64,000 bases of DNA, from contig CAZNPZ010000007.1 in NCBI GenBank assembly GCA_964575255.1, positions 21,939-85,938 of the forward strand, written 5' to 3'. Below are positions 54,790-63,762 of the stretch, one piece after another. The notes beneath the pieces were generated by a model, which saw only the letters and a list, made by a program, of their open reading frames with translations, did no database searches and was not told the DNA's origin. Each line of letters starts with the position of its first letter. The stretch's first letter is position 1. The DNA is from an uncultured Oscillospiraceae bacterium (GTDB lineage Bacteria > Bacillota > Clostridia > Christensenellales > Aristaeellaceae). The translations under genes were made by a program, and so were the position numbers.

Positions 54790-55857
54790 TTACCCCATGG
54801 AGGACATCAGACTGGCCAGCGGCAGCATGACGGACAAGAGAATCCCGCCGATCACGATGGAGAGAACCGCCACCAGCGTCGGCTCTATGGCCGAGACCAG
54901 CCGACGGATGCCGTCGTCCACTTCGCCCTGATATTGTTCGGCGAGCCGGTCCATCACCGTCTCGGTCTGCCCGGCCATGAAGCCGACTTTGACCATCTTG
55001 CCGTGGATGGGTTCGAAGATGCGCGCGCCCTCGATCGCGTCCGCGAACGACGCGCCGCCCTGCATGCGCTTATGAACATCCTGAACCTTGTCGCGGGCGA
55101 GCGCGTCGGTCATCACACCGGGCATCAGACCCAGCGCCTCGTCCAGCGGAAAGCCGCTGCCCAGCAGCATCGCCGTCACCGAGGCGAACCGCCCGGCGGA
55201 AAGCTTGTCCTGGATGTACCTTAGAGGCGGGAAGACGCGCATCAAAAGCCGAAGCACGTTCTCTCGCTGGGAAGTTTTTAGAAGAATCGCAACCGCCAGA
55301 ACCAGGACAAAGATCAGCGCCGCGAGGATCAGGACGAATAGACCCGCGCCCATCCCGGCGCTCATTCTGGAGGAGGCGGAGGCGGACAGGTCGCCGCCAA
55401 GGTTTCTGAGCACCTCCGAGAACATCGGAAGCACCTGAACCACCAGCACCACCACGACCACCGCCATCAACGCGACCATCAGAAGCGGGTACGTGACGGC
55501 GCTCCGGACGGTCGAACGAACCTGCGCCTCGCGGGTGTAGTAGCCGGATAGCCCCTGCATCACGCGTTCCAGCGTACCGGACATCTCACCGACGTGCACC
55601 ATCTCCACCATGTAGAGCGGAAAAATGCCGAGGGATTTGACCGCTTCATACAGGGAGCCGGTCTGTTTCATCGTCTCATTGAGCTGTATGAAGCGATTGC
55701 CATACCGCGTGGACGCATAATTCTGACACAATGCGTCCACGCCGTCGTACAGCGCAATGCCGGACTTCAGGATCAGCGCCACCTGCTCGCAGAAAACGGC
55801 GGTTTCATCCGCCGGCAGGCATTGGGTGCGGCTTCCCATCGCTTCTTCCCCCATCAT
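54790..55857 (-). CDS. GspF/PilC-family platform protein
   Basis: About 355 aa with two GspF-like repeats and three TM segments (SGIALYDGV..., PLYMVEMVHVGEMSGTLE, FEPIHGKMVKVGFMAGQTE). Start is ATG 55857 or 55838. Confidence 0.85.
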   Translation of the reverse strand: MMGEEAMGSRTQCLPADETAVFCEQVALILKSGIALYDGVDALCQNYASTRYGNRFIQLNETMKQTGSLYEAVKSLGIFPLYMVEMVHVGEMSGTLERVMQGLSGYYTREAQVRSTVRSAVTYPLLMVALMAVVVVVLVVQVLPMFSEVLRNLGGDLSASASSRMSAGMGAGLFVLILAALIFVLVLAVAILLKTSQRENVLRLLMRVFPPLRYIQDKLSAGRFASVTAMLLGSGFPLDEALGLMPGVMTDALARDKVQDVHKRMQGGASFADAIEGARIFEPIHGKMVKVGFMAGQTETVMDRLAEQYQGEVDDGIRRLVSAIEPTLVAVLSIVIGGILLSVMLPLASLMSSMG

Positions 55858-55862
55858 GCGGG

Positions 55863-56693
55863 TCAGTAGACCCGCTCGGTCGTATACTTGACGACTTTGA
55901 GCCCTGAAACCATGCTGGTCGTATCGTAGCGCAGCCATTTGCCGCCCACATACACCTCGTTCCACGCGTGGTAGAACTTGTCCGCGTAGCCGATGACCAA
56001 CTTGCACTTGACGCCCTGAACGCGCAGCATGCAGGCCACCAGCGCGGCGTAGTCAAAGCAGATGCCCTTCTTGGTGGCGAGCGTGTCGTCCACATCCGGG
56101 AGGTAGCCGCTCTCCACGGTTTTGGCCTTGATGTGGTCGTAGAGCACCGAACCGGTCACAAAGTCGATGACCGCCTTGGTGATCGCTTCGTCCGACGACA
56201 GCCCTTCGCAAAGTTCCTGAGACTTCTGAACCGCCTTGCTGCCCTCGCTGTAGTGTACATACTGGCTCGGATAGAGCGCGTAGCCGGTCTCGTCCGACAC
56301 GTCCGCTTTGACCTTCTTGGTGAAGAGCTGCGCGTACTTGCTGCCTTTCACCTGCTGCAACACCGTCAGTTGGTAGGTGCCGCTGCCCATCTGCAGCGGG
56401 AAGGCTTCGTAGCCGTCGCCATTCAGGTCGTAGGTATAGGTCTTGGAGCCTTTGATGATCCGAAGCTTCAGCTTTTTCGTGCTGGATGCCTTGACCATCA
56501 GGTAGCCATCCGACGCGTTGCTTAAGTCCACGGTCACGCCGGAACCTTCGTATACGGTGTCGCCGGTCGCGCTGGGGTACTTGGCGTTGGTTACATCCGC
56601 GAGCAACGCGTCAAGCGACCCCGCCGTCAGCGCAAGAATGAGCGCGGAGACGGCGGCCACCATCCAAAACGCGGTCTTTCGGTTTCTTCTCAT
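55863..56693 (-). CDS. Transglutaminase-like (papain-fold Cys-His-Asp) secreted/anchored protein
   Basis: N-terminal anchor MRRNRKTAFWMVAAVSALILAL. Core GICFDYAALVACMLR...FYHAWNEVY...RYDTT. Confidence 0.85.
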   Translation of the reverse strand: MRRNRKTAFWMVAAVSALILALTAGSLDALLADVTNAKYPSATGDTVYEGSGVTVDLSNASDGYLMVKASSTKKLKLRIIKGSKTYTYDLNGDGYEAFPLQMGSGTYQLTVLQQVKGSKYAQLFTKKVKADVSDETGYALYPSQYVHYSEGSKAVQKSQELCEGLSSDEAITKAVIDFVTGSVLYDHIKAKTVESGYLPDVDDTLATKKGICFDYAALVACMLRVQGVKCKLVIGYADKFYHAWNEVYVGGKWLRYDTTSMVSGLKVVKYTTERVY

Positions 56694-56746
56694 ACCGCGC
56701 GTGGCCTCCGTCCCGGTCGATACTCCTCCATGTAACCATATATCGT

Positions 56747-56775
56747 ATTATAACAGTATTTTCTTGGCTGCGCAA
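56747..56775 (-). promoter_or_regulatory. Sigma-A-type promoter of the filament-like operon
   Basis: Minus strand reads TTGCGC(56775-56770), 17 nt, TATAAT(56752-56747), about 54 nt upstream of the transglutaminase-like ATG. Confidence 0.55.
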
Positions 56776-56781
56776 CGATTT

Positions 56782-57222
56782 TTACACTTGGCGATTATAA
56801 GCCTCCATTAAGATGCGCATCGCGTCCGCATATCCCTGAAAGCCCCGGCCGGCGATTTTTTGGACGCAGGCGGCGGTCACATAGGAGTGCTTGCGGAAGT
56901 CCTCCCGCGCGTCCACGTCGGAGATGTGCACCTCGACGGCAGGGATGCCCACCGCCTTCAGCGCGTCCAGGATCGCCACCGACGTGTGGGTGTACGCGGC
57001 GGGGTTGATGACGATCCCGTCAAACTTTCCCAGCGCCGCTTGAATCTCGTCGACGATCGCGCCCTCATGGTTGGACTGAAAGCATTTGACGACGGCGCCC
57101 ATCTCCGACGCGGCCTGTTCGATCAATTGAATCAGGTCGCCGTAGGTCTTTCTGCCGTAGATGTCCGGTTCCCGGACGCCCAAAAGGTTCAGGTTCGGCC
57201 CGTTGATGACCAGGATGTTCAC
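56782..57222 (-). CDS. aroQ: Type II 3-dehydroquinate dehydratase
   Basis: GTG start overlaps the upstream stop (GTGA). ILVINGPNLNLLGVREPDIYG...NPAAYTHTSVA. Confidence 0.9.
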   Translation of the reverse strand: MNILVINGPNLNLLGVREPDIYGRKTYGDLIQLIEQAASEMGAVVKCFQSNHEGAIVDEIQAALGKFDGIVINPAAYTHTSVAILDALKAVGIPAVEVHISDVDAREDFRKHSYVTAACVQKIAGRGFQGYADAMRILMEAYNRQV

Positions 57223-58451
57223 GCGCGCACCCCCTCGAAAACTGTTCGGATGACGTCCTCCGCGGTTTCCTCCGGCTTTGCGCGCAGCTGTATACAGGCG
57301 TCCCGCGCGGCCAGGTAGAGAGGCGCGCGCGCTTCGTACATTTTTTGCAGCGCGTCCGGGCCGGAGGACAGCGGCCTGCCTCCGGTGGCCAACTCGGAAA
57401 GCGGCCTTTGAAGCTCCACGACGAATGCGTTCGCGCGAAGGAGCGCGCGGTTTTCCTCCCGGAGCACCGCGCCGCCGCCGGTCGCGATCACCGCGCCGCG
57501 GGAAAGCGCCGCCTCGCGGACGACCTTCGCCTCCAGTTCCCGGAAGCGCGCCTCGCCGTCCTTCGCGAAGATTTCCGGGATCGGCCCGAAGCGGGACTCG
57601 ATGATCTGGTCGATGTCCAGAAGCGTCCGCCCAAGCCGTGCCGCCAGGTGGCGCGCGACGGTGGATTTCCCGCAGCCCGGCATGCCGATAAGCGCGATGG
57701 AACGGGTCTCGCGGGCGAGCCACGAAAGCGTCTCTTCCGCGCGTCCCTGTTCCACCGGCGTTCCAAGAAACCGCTCGGCTGCCCTCTCGGCTTGATGCAC
57801 CAGCATTGAAAGACCCCCTGCCGCCGGAAGCCCCGCGGCGACCGCCTTTTGCAATAGAAGTGTGCGTGCGGGGTTGTAGACCACGTCGGCCACGCCGGTC
57901 AGGCCGGGGATTCTGGCCGGATCGACTGGGGACTGAAGCAGATCCGGGTACATGCCCACCGGCGTCGCGTTGAGAAGAAAGTCCGCGCGGGTTTCGTACA
58001 CCGTCTCATAGTTCACAACGCCTTCGCGGGACACCGGGATCGCCCGCGCGCCAAGGTCATGGAACGCGCAGGCGGCGGTCTTCCCAGTCCCGCCGGTCGC
58101 GCCCAGCACCAGCGCGTCCTTGCCGGACAGCATGAAGCCCTCCAGCATTTTCTTCATGCCGTAGAGGTCGGTGTTGTCGCCGGTCAGCGCGCCGTCCCGG
58201 TCAAAGTAGAGCGTATTGACCGCGCCGATCCGGCGCGCGTCGTCCGTCAGGCGGTCGCAAAGCGGGATTACCGCCTGCTTGAACGGGATCGTCACATTGA
58301 GACCGGTGAACGCGCGCGCGCGGATGTACGGCGCGAGCGAATCCGGCGAAAGCTCCACCAGATGGTACTCGCACCCGTACAGCCGCTCATGGATCAGCTT
58401 GGAATAGCTGTGCCCCAGCTTCCCGCCGACAAGGCCGAAAAAGCCCGCCAT
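57219..58451 (-). CDS. aroE/aroK: Fused shikimate dehydrogenase / shikimate kinase
   Basis: N-terminal AroE (GHSYSKLIH, NVTIPFK, GDNTD). C-terminal AroK (Walker A GMPGCGKST, GGGAVL). One 410-aa ORF. Confidence 0.85.
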   Translation of the reverse strand: MAGFFGLVGGKLGHSYSKLIHERLYGCEYHLVELSPDSLAPYIRARAFTGLNVTIPFKQAVIPLCDRLTDDARRIGAVNTLYFDRDGALTGDNTDLYGMKKMLEGFMLSGKDALVLGATGGTGKTAACAFHDLGARAIPVSREGVVNYETVYETRADFLLNATPVGMYPDLLQSPVDPARIPGLTGVADVVYNPARTLLLQKAVAAGLPAAGGLSMLVHQAERAAERFLGTPVEQGRAEETLSWLARETRSIALIGMPGCGKSTVARHLAARLGRTLLDIDQIIESRFGPIPEIFAKDGEARFRELEAKVVREAALSRGAVIATGGGAVLREENRALLRANAFVVELQRPLSELATGGRPLSSGPDALQKMYEARAPLYLAARDACIQLRAKPEETAEDVIRTVFEGVRA

Positions 58452-58452
58452 A

Positions 58453-59592
58453 TCACACCTCGCTGTAGTTGCCAAGGAATGTGAACCCGCCCTGACGGCT
58501 GAGGTCGGACAGGAGCGTCTTTACGTCCTGATCGACCACCGACCCTTCAAAATCGAAGTAGAACATGAACTCGAAGTCGCGGCCGGGGATGGGTCGGCTC
58601 TCCAGCTTCAGAAGGTTCAGCCCCTGCACCGCGAACCGGGCCACCGTGCGGTACAGGGAGCCCGGCGTGTGGGAGAGCGCCGCCATCAAACTGATGCGGT
58701 TCGCGCCGGGGAACACCTCCATTTCGCGTGAGATGCAGATGAAGCGGGTGTAGTTGCTGCCGTCGTCCATGATGCGCGCCTCCAGCGGCTCCAAGCCGTA
58801 GAGCTGCGCGTTTCTCGCCGACGCGATGGCGGCGATGTCCCTGCGGCCGGACTCCGACACATGGCGCGCGGCGGTCGCGTTGTTTGCAAACGGGGTCAGC
58901 TTGACATCCTTGAGGCCGGACAGGAACCGCCCGCACTGGCGAAGCGCCTGTTCATGGGCAACGACCTCGCGAATCTCGGAGAGTTTCACGCCCGGCGCGA
59001 CCAACAGCCTATGTTCGATGCGCAGCTTCGCGGACCGCGCGATAAAGAATTTATGGGCCTTCATCAGGTCGTAGACGTCGGTCACGGAACCGGCGAGGCT
59101 GTTTTCAAGCGGCAGCACGCCGTAGCGGCACATGCCCTTCTCCACCGCCTGGAACACATTCTCGAAGCTGGAGAAGTACAGGATACCGGGCATGTTGAAC
59201 ATCACGTCGCAGGCCTGCTGCGAGTACGCGCCCTCCGCGCCCTGGCAGGCGACCAGCGCGTTTTTCGGGAACAGCGGCGGTGTATTCTGAACCGCCGCCT
59301 CCAGCGCGTCGAGGAACGGCTCGGCTTCGGGCCGGAGCAGACGAGCCTGCGCGCTGCGGCTCAGGTCAAAGAGCAGCGCGTACAACAGTTTCAGGTCGGT
59401 TTCGTAGATCGGGTCGTGCGCGCCGGTCAGCCGCTGCAGAATCGCACGCTCCCTGCCCGGATCGGCGATCGAGATGCCGCCCGCGCGCTTCGCCTCCACA
59501 ATGTCCTTTACGGTCCGCATCCGCTTTACGTACAGCGAGGCAATTGCATCGTCGATTTCGTCAATTTTGCCCCGCAGTTCCTCAATGTCCAT
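58453..59592 (-). CDS. pheA: Bifunctional chorismate mutase / prephenate dehydratase
   Basis: ATG at 59592 after GGGGAGGGG. CM helix (ELRGKIDEIDDAIASLYVKR), PDT domain and a C-terminal ACT domain (ESRP). Confidence 0.9.
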   Translation of the reverse strand: MDIEELRGKIDEIDDAIASLYVKRMRTVKDIVEAKRAGGISIADPGRERAILQRLTGAHDPIYETDLKLLYALLFDLSRSAQARLLRPEAEPFLDALEAAVQNTPPLFPKNALVACQGAEGAYSQQACDVMFNMPGILYFSSFENVFQAVEKGMCRYGVLPLENSLAGSVTDVYDLMKAHKFFIARSAKLRIEHRLLVAPGVKLSEIREVVAHEQALRQCGRFLSGLKDVKLTPFANNATAARHVSESGRRDIAAIASARNAQLYGLEPLEARIMDDGSNYTRFICISREMEVFPGANRISLMAALSHTPGSLYRTVARFAVQGLNLLKLESRPIPGRDFEFMFYFDFEGSVVDQDVKTLLSDLSRQGGFTFLGNYSEV

Positions 59593-59617
59593 CGGTTGCC
59601 CCTCCCCCATACCCTGC

Positions 59618-60691
59618 CTAAATCTTCGCGGCGTTCGCCACCATCAGAAGATCCAGAATCCCCAGCGCGGCCATCGCCTCCACCACCGGCACCGCGCGCG
59701 GCACGACGCAGGGGTCGTGCCGTCCGCCCACCCGGATGGTCTCCTCGCGCATCTCCGAAAGGTTGACCGTTTTTTGCGGCTTCGCGATGGACGCCGTGGG
59801 CTTGAATGCCACCCGGAATACGACGGGCATGCCGGTCGTAATCCCGCCCAACACCCCGGCGTGGCGGTTGGCCGCGGTTCTTACCTGCCCGTTTTCGATC
59901 ACAAACGCGTCGTTGTGCGCGCTGCCACGCATCCGGGCGGCGGCGAAACCCGCGCCGAACTCGACGCCGCGCACCGCCGGGATCGCGAACAGAAGCCTCG
60001 AAAGAACGCTCTCCACGCCGTCCAGCATCGGCTCGCCGACGCCCGCCGGAAGCCCTTCGACAACGCATTCGATCACGCCGCCGACCGAGTCGCCGTCCAG
60101 CCGCGCGCGCTCGATGGCCTCGCGCATCAGGACGCCCGCGCGGTCGTCCAGCACCGGGAATTCCTTTTCGGCGACGCCTACAAGGTCGCCAGAAGCGCCG
60201 TCCTGAATCCCCGCGATTTCAGAAATCCGCGCGCGGACGGTCACGCCGCGTTTTTCCAGCACCTGCATCGCCGCCGCGCCCGCGAAGCAGATCGGCGCGG
60301 TCAGCCGCCCGGAGAAGTGGCCGCCGCCGCTGAGGTCGGCGGATACCCCGTACTTGATGCGGGCGGTGTAGTCGGCGTGGCCGGGGCGGGGCGTATCCCG
60401 GAGAGAATCGTAGTCGCCCGGACGCTGACTGGTATTCTCGATCAGCGCCATCAGCGGCGCGCCGCAGGTTTTGCCGTTTACGAGGCCGGAGAGCACCTTC
60501 ACTTCATCCGGCTCGCGCCGCGTGGTGGCGAACGCGGCGTTCCCCGGCGCGCGCCGCCGCATGAAGGAAGCGACCTTTTCCAGGTCGATCGCTTCGCCCG
60601 GCGGCAGGCCGTCCACCACCGCGCCAATCGCCGCGCTATGGGACTGGCCGAACACGCTGACCTTTAGAATCGTCCCGAAGCTAGAGGACAT
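59618..60691 (-). CDS. aroC: Chorismate synthase
   Basis: ATG at 60691. GQSHSAAIG...RRAPG...GGGHFSGR motifs. 357 aa. Confidence 0.95.
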   Translation of the reverse strand: MSSSFGTILKVSVFGQSHSAAIGAVVDGLPPGEAIDLEKVASFMRRRAPGNAAFATTRREPDEVKVLSGLVNGKTCGAPLMALIENTSQRPGDYDSLRDTPRPGHADYTARIKYGVSADLSGGGHFSGRLTAPICFAGAAAMQVLEKRGVTVRARISEIAGIQDGASGDLVGVAEKEFPVLDDRAGVLMREAIERARLDGDSVGGVIECVVEGLPAGVGEPMLDGVESVLSRLLFAIPAVRGVEFGAGFAAARMRGSAHNDAFVIENGQVRTAANRHAGVLGGITTGMPVVFRVAFKPTASIAKPQKTVNLSEMREETIRVGGRHDPCVVPRAVPVVEAMAALGILDLLMVANAAKI

Positions 60692-61865
60692 CCATCCTTC
60701 CCCCCAATCGCACAAAATCCTCAAAAAACGCCGGATAGGATTTCCGGACCGCCTCCGCGCCTCGAATCGTGACCGGCCCTAAGCAGCGTGTGGCCGCGAT
60801 TGAAAACGCCATCGCGATCCGGTGGTCGCCCGCCGCGTCCACCGCCCCGCCCGCGGGCGGCTTTACGCATCGCACAATCAGCCCGTCTGGCTGTTCCTCC
60901 GCTTCCCCGCCGATCGCGCGGATGCCCGCCGCCATTGTCTTCAGCCGGTCGCTCTCCTTGATCCGGAGCCGCGCCGCGCCGGTGAAACGCGTCTCGCCGG
61001 GCGTCACCGCCGCGATCGACGCCAGGATGGGCAGTAAATCCGGCGTTTCGCGCACGTCGAGCGTCCGGTCGGACGCGTCAAACGCGGTCAGCATGGCCCG
61101 GATCGCGCGGTCGGGCTGCGCGGAAACCTCGTCAAGCCCGGTCACGTCCGCGCCTGCCGCCAGGAAGAACGCGGCGTTCGACCAGTCGCCCTCGATTTTA
61201 AGCATCCCCGGCGAGCGGTACGTAGCGCGAGGCACTTCCCACTCGTCCGGTTTCTCTTGGACGGGTACGCCAAAGCGAGCCATGGCGGAGACCGTCATAC
61301 GCACGTAGCCGGCGGATTCAAGAGGAGAGGTAAGTTTAATACGTCCGCCGCCGACGAGCGGCAGCGCCATCATGAGGCCGGTGATGAACTGGGAACTGAC
61401 GTCGCCCGGCAATTGGAACAGGCCGCCGGACAGTTTTCCGGACAAAATGAAGGGAAGTTTTCCCGCGTCGAACGCGCAGCCGTGGGCTATGAGCGCTTCG
61501 ACGAGCGGCCCCAGCGGGCGCTCCGGCAGCCTGCCGGAACCGGAAAAGCGCGTTTTCGCGCCCAGCGCCGCCGAGAGCGGGATCAGAAACCGCAGCGTGG
61601 AGCCGCTCTCGCGGCAGTCGGCCTCCCCGCCGGGCACGCGCGTCCTTGGGTTAACGAGAAAGCCGTCCGGCGTGATTTCAACCGACGCGCCCAGCGCCGA
61701 AAGGCATTGAAGCGTCGCGTCGATGTCCTCGGAATGCGCTTCGGGTGAGAGCTGCGTCGGCGCGTCCGACAGTGCCGCGAGCATCAGCGCCCGGTGCGCC
61801 GCGGACTTTGAGACGATCGCCGGGACGCTTCCTGTGAGCGCGCCCGGCCACACGCGGGCGGTCAC
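60681..61865 (-). CDS. aroA: 3-phosphoshikimate 1-carboxyvinyltransferase (EPSP synthase)
   Basis: GTG start overlapping the aroB stop. SKSAAHRALMLAAL, GSTLRFL, KESDR motifs. Confidence 0.9.
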   Translation of the reverse strand: MTARVWPGALTGSVPAIVSKSAAHRALMLAALSDAPTQLSPEAHSEDIDATLQCLSALGASVEITPDGFLVNPRTRVPGGEADCRESGSTLRFLIPLSAALGAKTRFSGSGRLPERPLGPLVEALIAHGCAFDAGKLPFILSGKLSGGLFQLPGDVSSQFITGLMMALPLVGGGRIKLTSPLESAGYVRMTVSAMARFGVPVQEKPDEWEVPRATYRSPGMLKIEGDWSNAAFFLAAGADVTGLDEVSAQPDRAIRAMLTAFDASDRTLDVRETPDLLPILASIAAVTPGETRFTGAARLRIKESDRLKTMAAGIRAIGGEAEEQPDGLIVRCVKPPAGGAVDAAGDHRIAMAFSIAATRCLGPVTIRGAEAVRKSYPAFFEDFVRLGGRMDVL

Positions 61866-62917
61866 GCGCCCTCCAGCGCGCAGGCTAAGAATCCGCCCAG
61901 CGCGTCCACTTCGATTTCATAGAGTTCGCACCGGCCGATCTCCCTCGGCAGCGCGATCGCGATCCGCCCGGAGCGCACCTTTTTATCCCGCAGCATCGTA
62001 TCCAGCAGTTCTTCCGCCGTGAACGGGCAGTCGGTTGGCAGATGGTTCGCCGAAAGCGCGCGCCGGAGCGGCTCCGTGACATTCTCAATGGCGAACCCCG
62101 TGACCTCCGCGCCCCGCGCCTCGACGAGCATCCCGATCGCGACCGCGCGCCCGTGGGAGATTTCGTAGCCGCTGGCCTTCTCGATTGCGTGGCCGACGGT
62201 GTGGCCGAAGTTTAAAAGCTGCCGCGCGCCGGTGTCCCGCTCGTCCGCCTCCACCAGATCGCGCTTGAGGGCGACGCAGCGGGCGATGACCGCCTCCGCG
62301 TCCGACAGATCGTATCCGCCCGCGAGCAGGTCAAAAAGCGCCCGGTCGCCAATCACGCCGCACTTGATTGCCTCGCTGGCGCCGTCCGCGAGCACTTCCG
62401 GCGGAAGCGTCGAGAGCGCGTCCGGGTCGATCACGACCAGCGACGGCTGATGGAACGCGCCCGCGAGGTTCTTGCCCGCCTCCAGGTTGACGGCGGTCTT
62501 GCCGCCGACCGACGCGTCCACCATCGCGAGCAGCGTCGTCGGCACCTGTACGAAGTTCACGCCGCGCAGGTACACTGCCGCCGCGAAGCCGGTCAGGTCG
62601 CCGGTTACGCCGCCGCCGAGGGCGACAAGGATGTCGCCGCGGCTGAGTTTCTTTTCCGCCAGAAATTCCAAGAGGCGAAACAGCGTCCTGCCGCACTTCT
62701 CCGCCTCGCCGCCGGGGAACATCCAGCGCTCCACGGGGATACCGGACGAAGCGAGGCTGTCCGCGACGATGTCGCCGTACAGCGCGTCGACTGCGTCTTC
62801 CGCCACCAGCGCGGCCAGCCGGGGTTTCTCCGGCAACAGCTCGCCGATGCGCTGCATCGAGCCGCGCTCGATCAGCACTTTGTACGTCCCGGACGCGCGA
62901 ACCGTCAGTTCCGTCAA
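61862..62917 (-). CDS. aroB: 3-dehydroquinate synthase
   Basis: TTG at 62917 (GGAGGGAG upstream, TTGA overlap with the tyrA stop). GGGVTGDLTGFAAA, VPTTLLAMVDASVGGKT. Confidence 0.9.
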   Translation of the reverse strand: MTELTVRASGTYKVLIERGSMQRIGELLPEKPRLAALVAEDAVDALYGDIVADSLASSGIPVERWMFPGGEAEKCGRTLFRLLEFLAEKKLSRGDILVALGGGVTGDLTGFAAAVYLRGVNFVQVPTTLLAMVDASVGGKTAVNLEAGKNLAGAFHQPSLVVIDPDALSTLPPEVLADGASEAIKCGVIGDRALFDLLAGGYDLSDAEAVIARCVALKRDLVEADERDTGARQLLNFGHTVGHAIEKASGYEISHGRAVAIGMLVEARGAEVTGFAIENVTEPLRRALSANHLPTDCPFTAEELLDTMLRDKKVRSGRIAIALPREIGRCELYEIEVDALGGFLACALEGA

Positions 62918-63762
62918 CAGTCTCCCTCCCTCTCGATCAGCGACAGTTTCCTTCGGTTGCCCGCTTCCAGGATCGCGCGAAGCCGCGCCTGATCGCGGCC
63001 GTCGACCGCTTGTTTGATCGCCTGAAGCCGCTCGATCAGTCCGCCCAATTCTTCCGAGAGCGCGTCGTGGTTCAGGTCGAACAGTTCCGCCCACATGTCG
63101 GCGTCCAGCCGCGCGACGCGGGTCATGTCCCGGAAGCTGCCCGCCGAAAACCCGGCGTGTTCCAGCGCGGCGGCGCTCATCACATACGCGGAGGAGGCTG
63201 CGTGCGCCAGCTGCGAAGTATAGGCGATGATCCGGTCGTGTTGCCCCGGCGTGGTGACAACCGTCCGCCCAAAGCCGATCCGAATGGCCAGCGCGGTGAG
63301 TTCGTCGGTCGCGGCGCTCTTCTTTCCATCCGGCGGTGTAAGGATCAGCGGCGCGTTCTGAAAAAGCGCAGCATCGGAATTCGCGTACCCGCTCACCTCG
63401 CGCCCGGCCATCGGGTGCGCGCCGACGAAGCGCACGCCCCTCTCGCGCGCGACGGGGTCGACCGCCTGCACCACGCAGCGCTTCACGCCGCAAAGATCCA
63501 AAGCCATCGCGCCCGTTTTCATGGCGGGAATCGCGGCCGTAAGAAACCGGATCGCATCCCCCGGCCTGAGCGCGACGAACAGAAAGTCGACCTCATGGAT
63601 ATCCTCCGGCAGAAACGCCGCGTGGATTGATCCGTCTGAAAGCGCCTGCCGGACGACCGAAAGGTTCCGATCAAAGCCGATGATCTCGTAATCCGTGTGC
63701 GCGGCCATCGCCTTCGCCAGAGACCCGCCGATCAACCCCAGCCCCGCGATCAGCGCCTTCAC
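62914..63762 (-). CDS. tyrA: Prephenate dehydrogenase
   Basis: GTG start overlapping the upstream stop. (M)[17 protein letters not shown] Rossmann motif. HPMAG. Confidence 0.9.
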   Translation of the reverse strand: MKALIAGLGLIGGSLAKAMAAHTDYEIIGFDRNLSVVRQALSDGSIHAAFLPEDIHEVDFLFVALRPGDAIRFLTAAIPAMKTGAMALDLCGVKRCVVQAVDPVARERGVRFVGAHPMAGREVSGYANSDAALFQNAPLILTPPDGKKSAATDELTALAIRIGFGRTVVTTPGQHDRIIAYTSQLAHAASSAYVMSAAALEHAGFSAGSFRDMTRVARLDADMWAELFDLNHDALSEELGGLIERLQAIKQAVDGRDQARLRAILEAGNRRKLSLIEREGDC

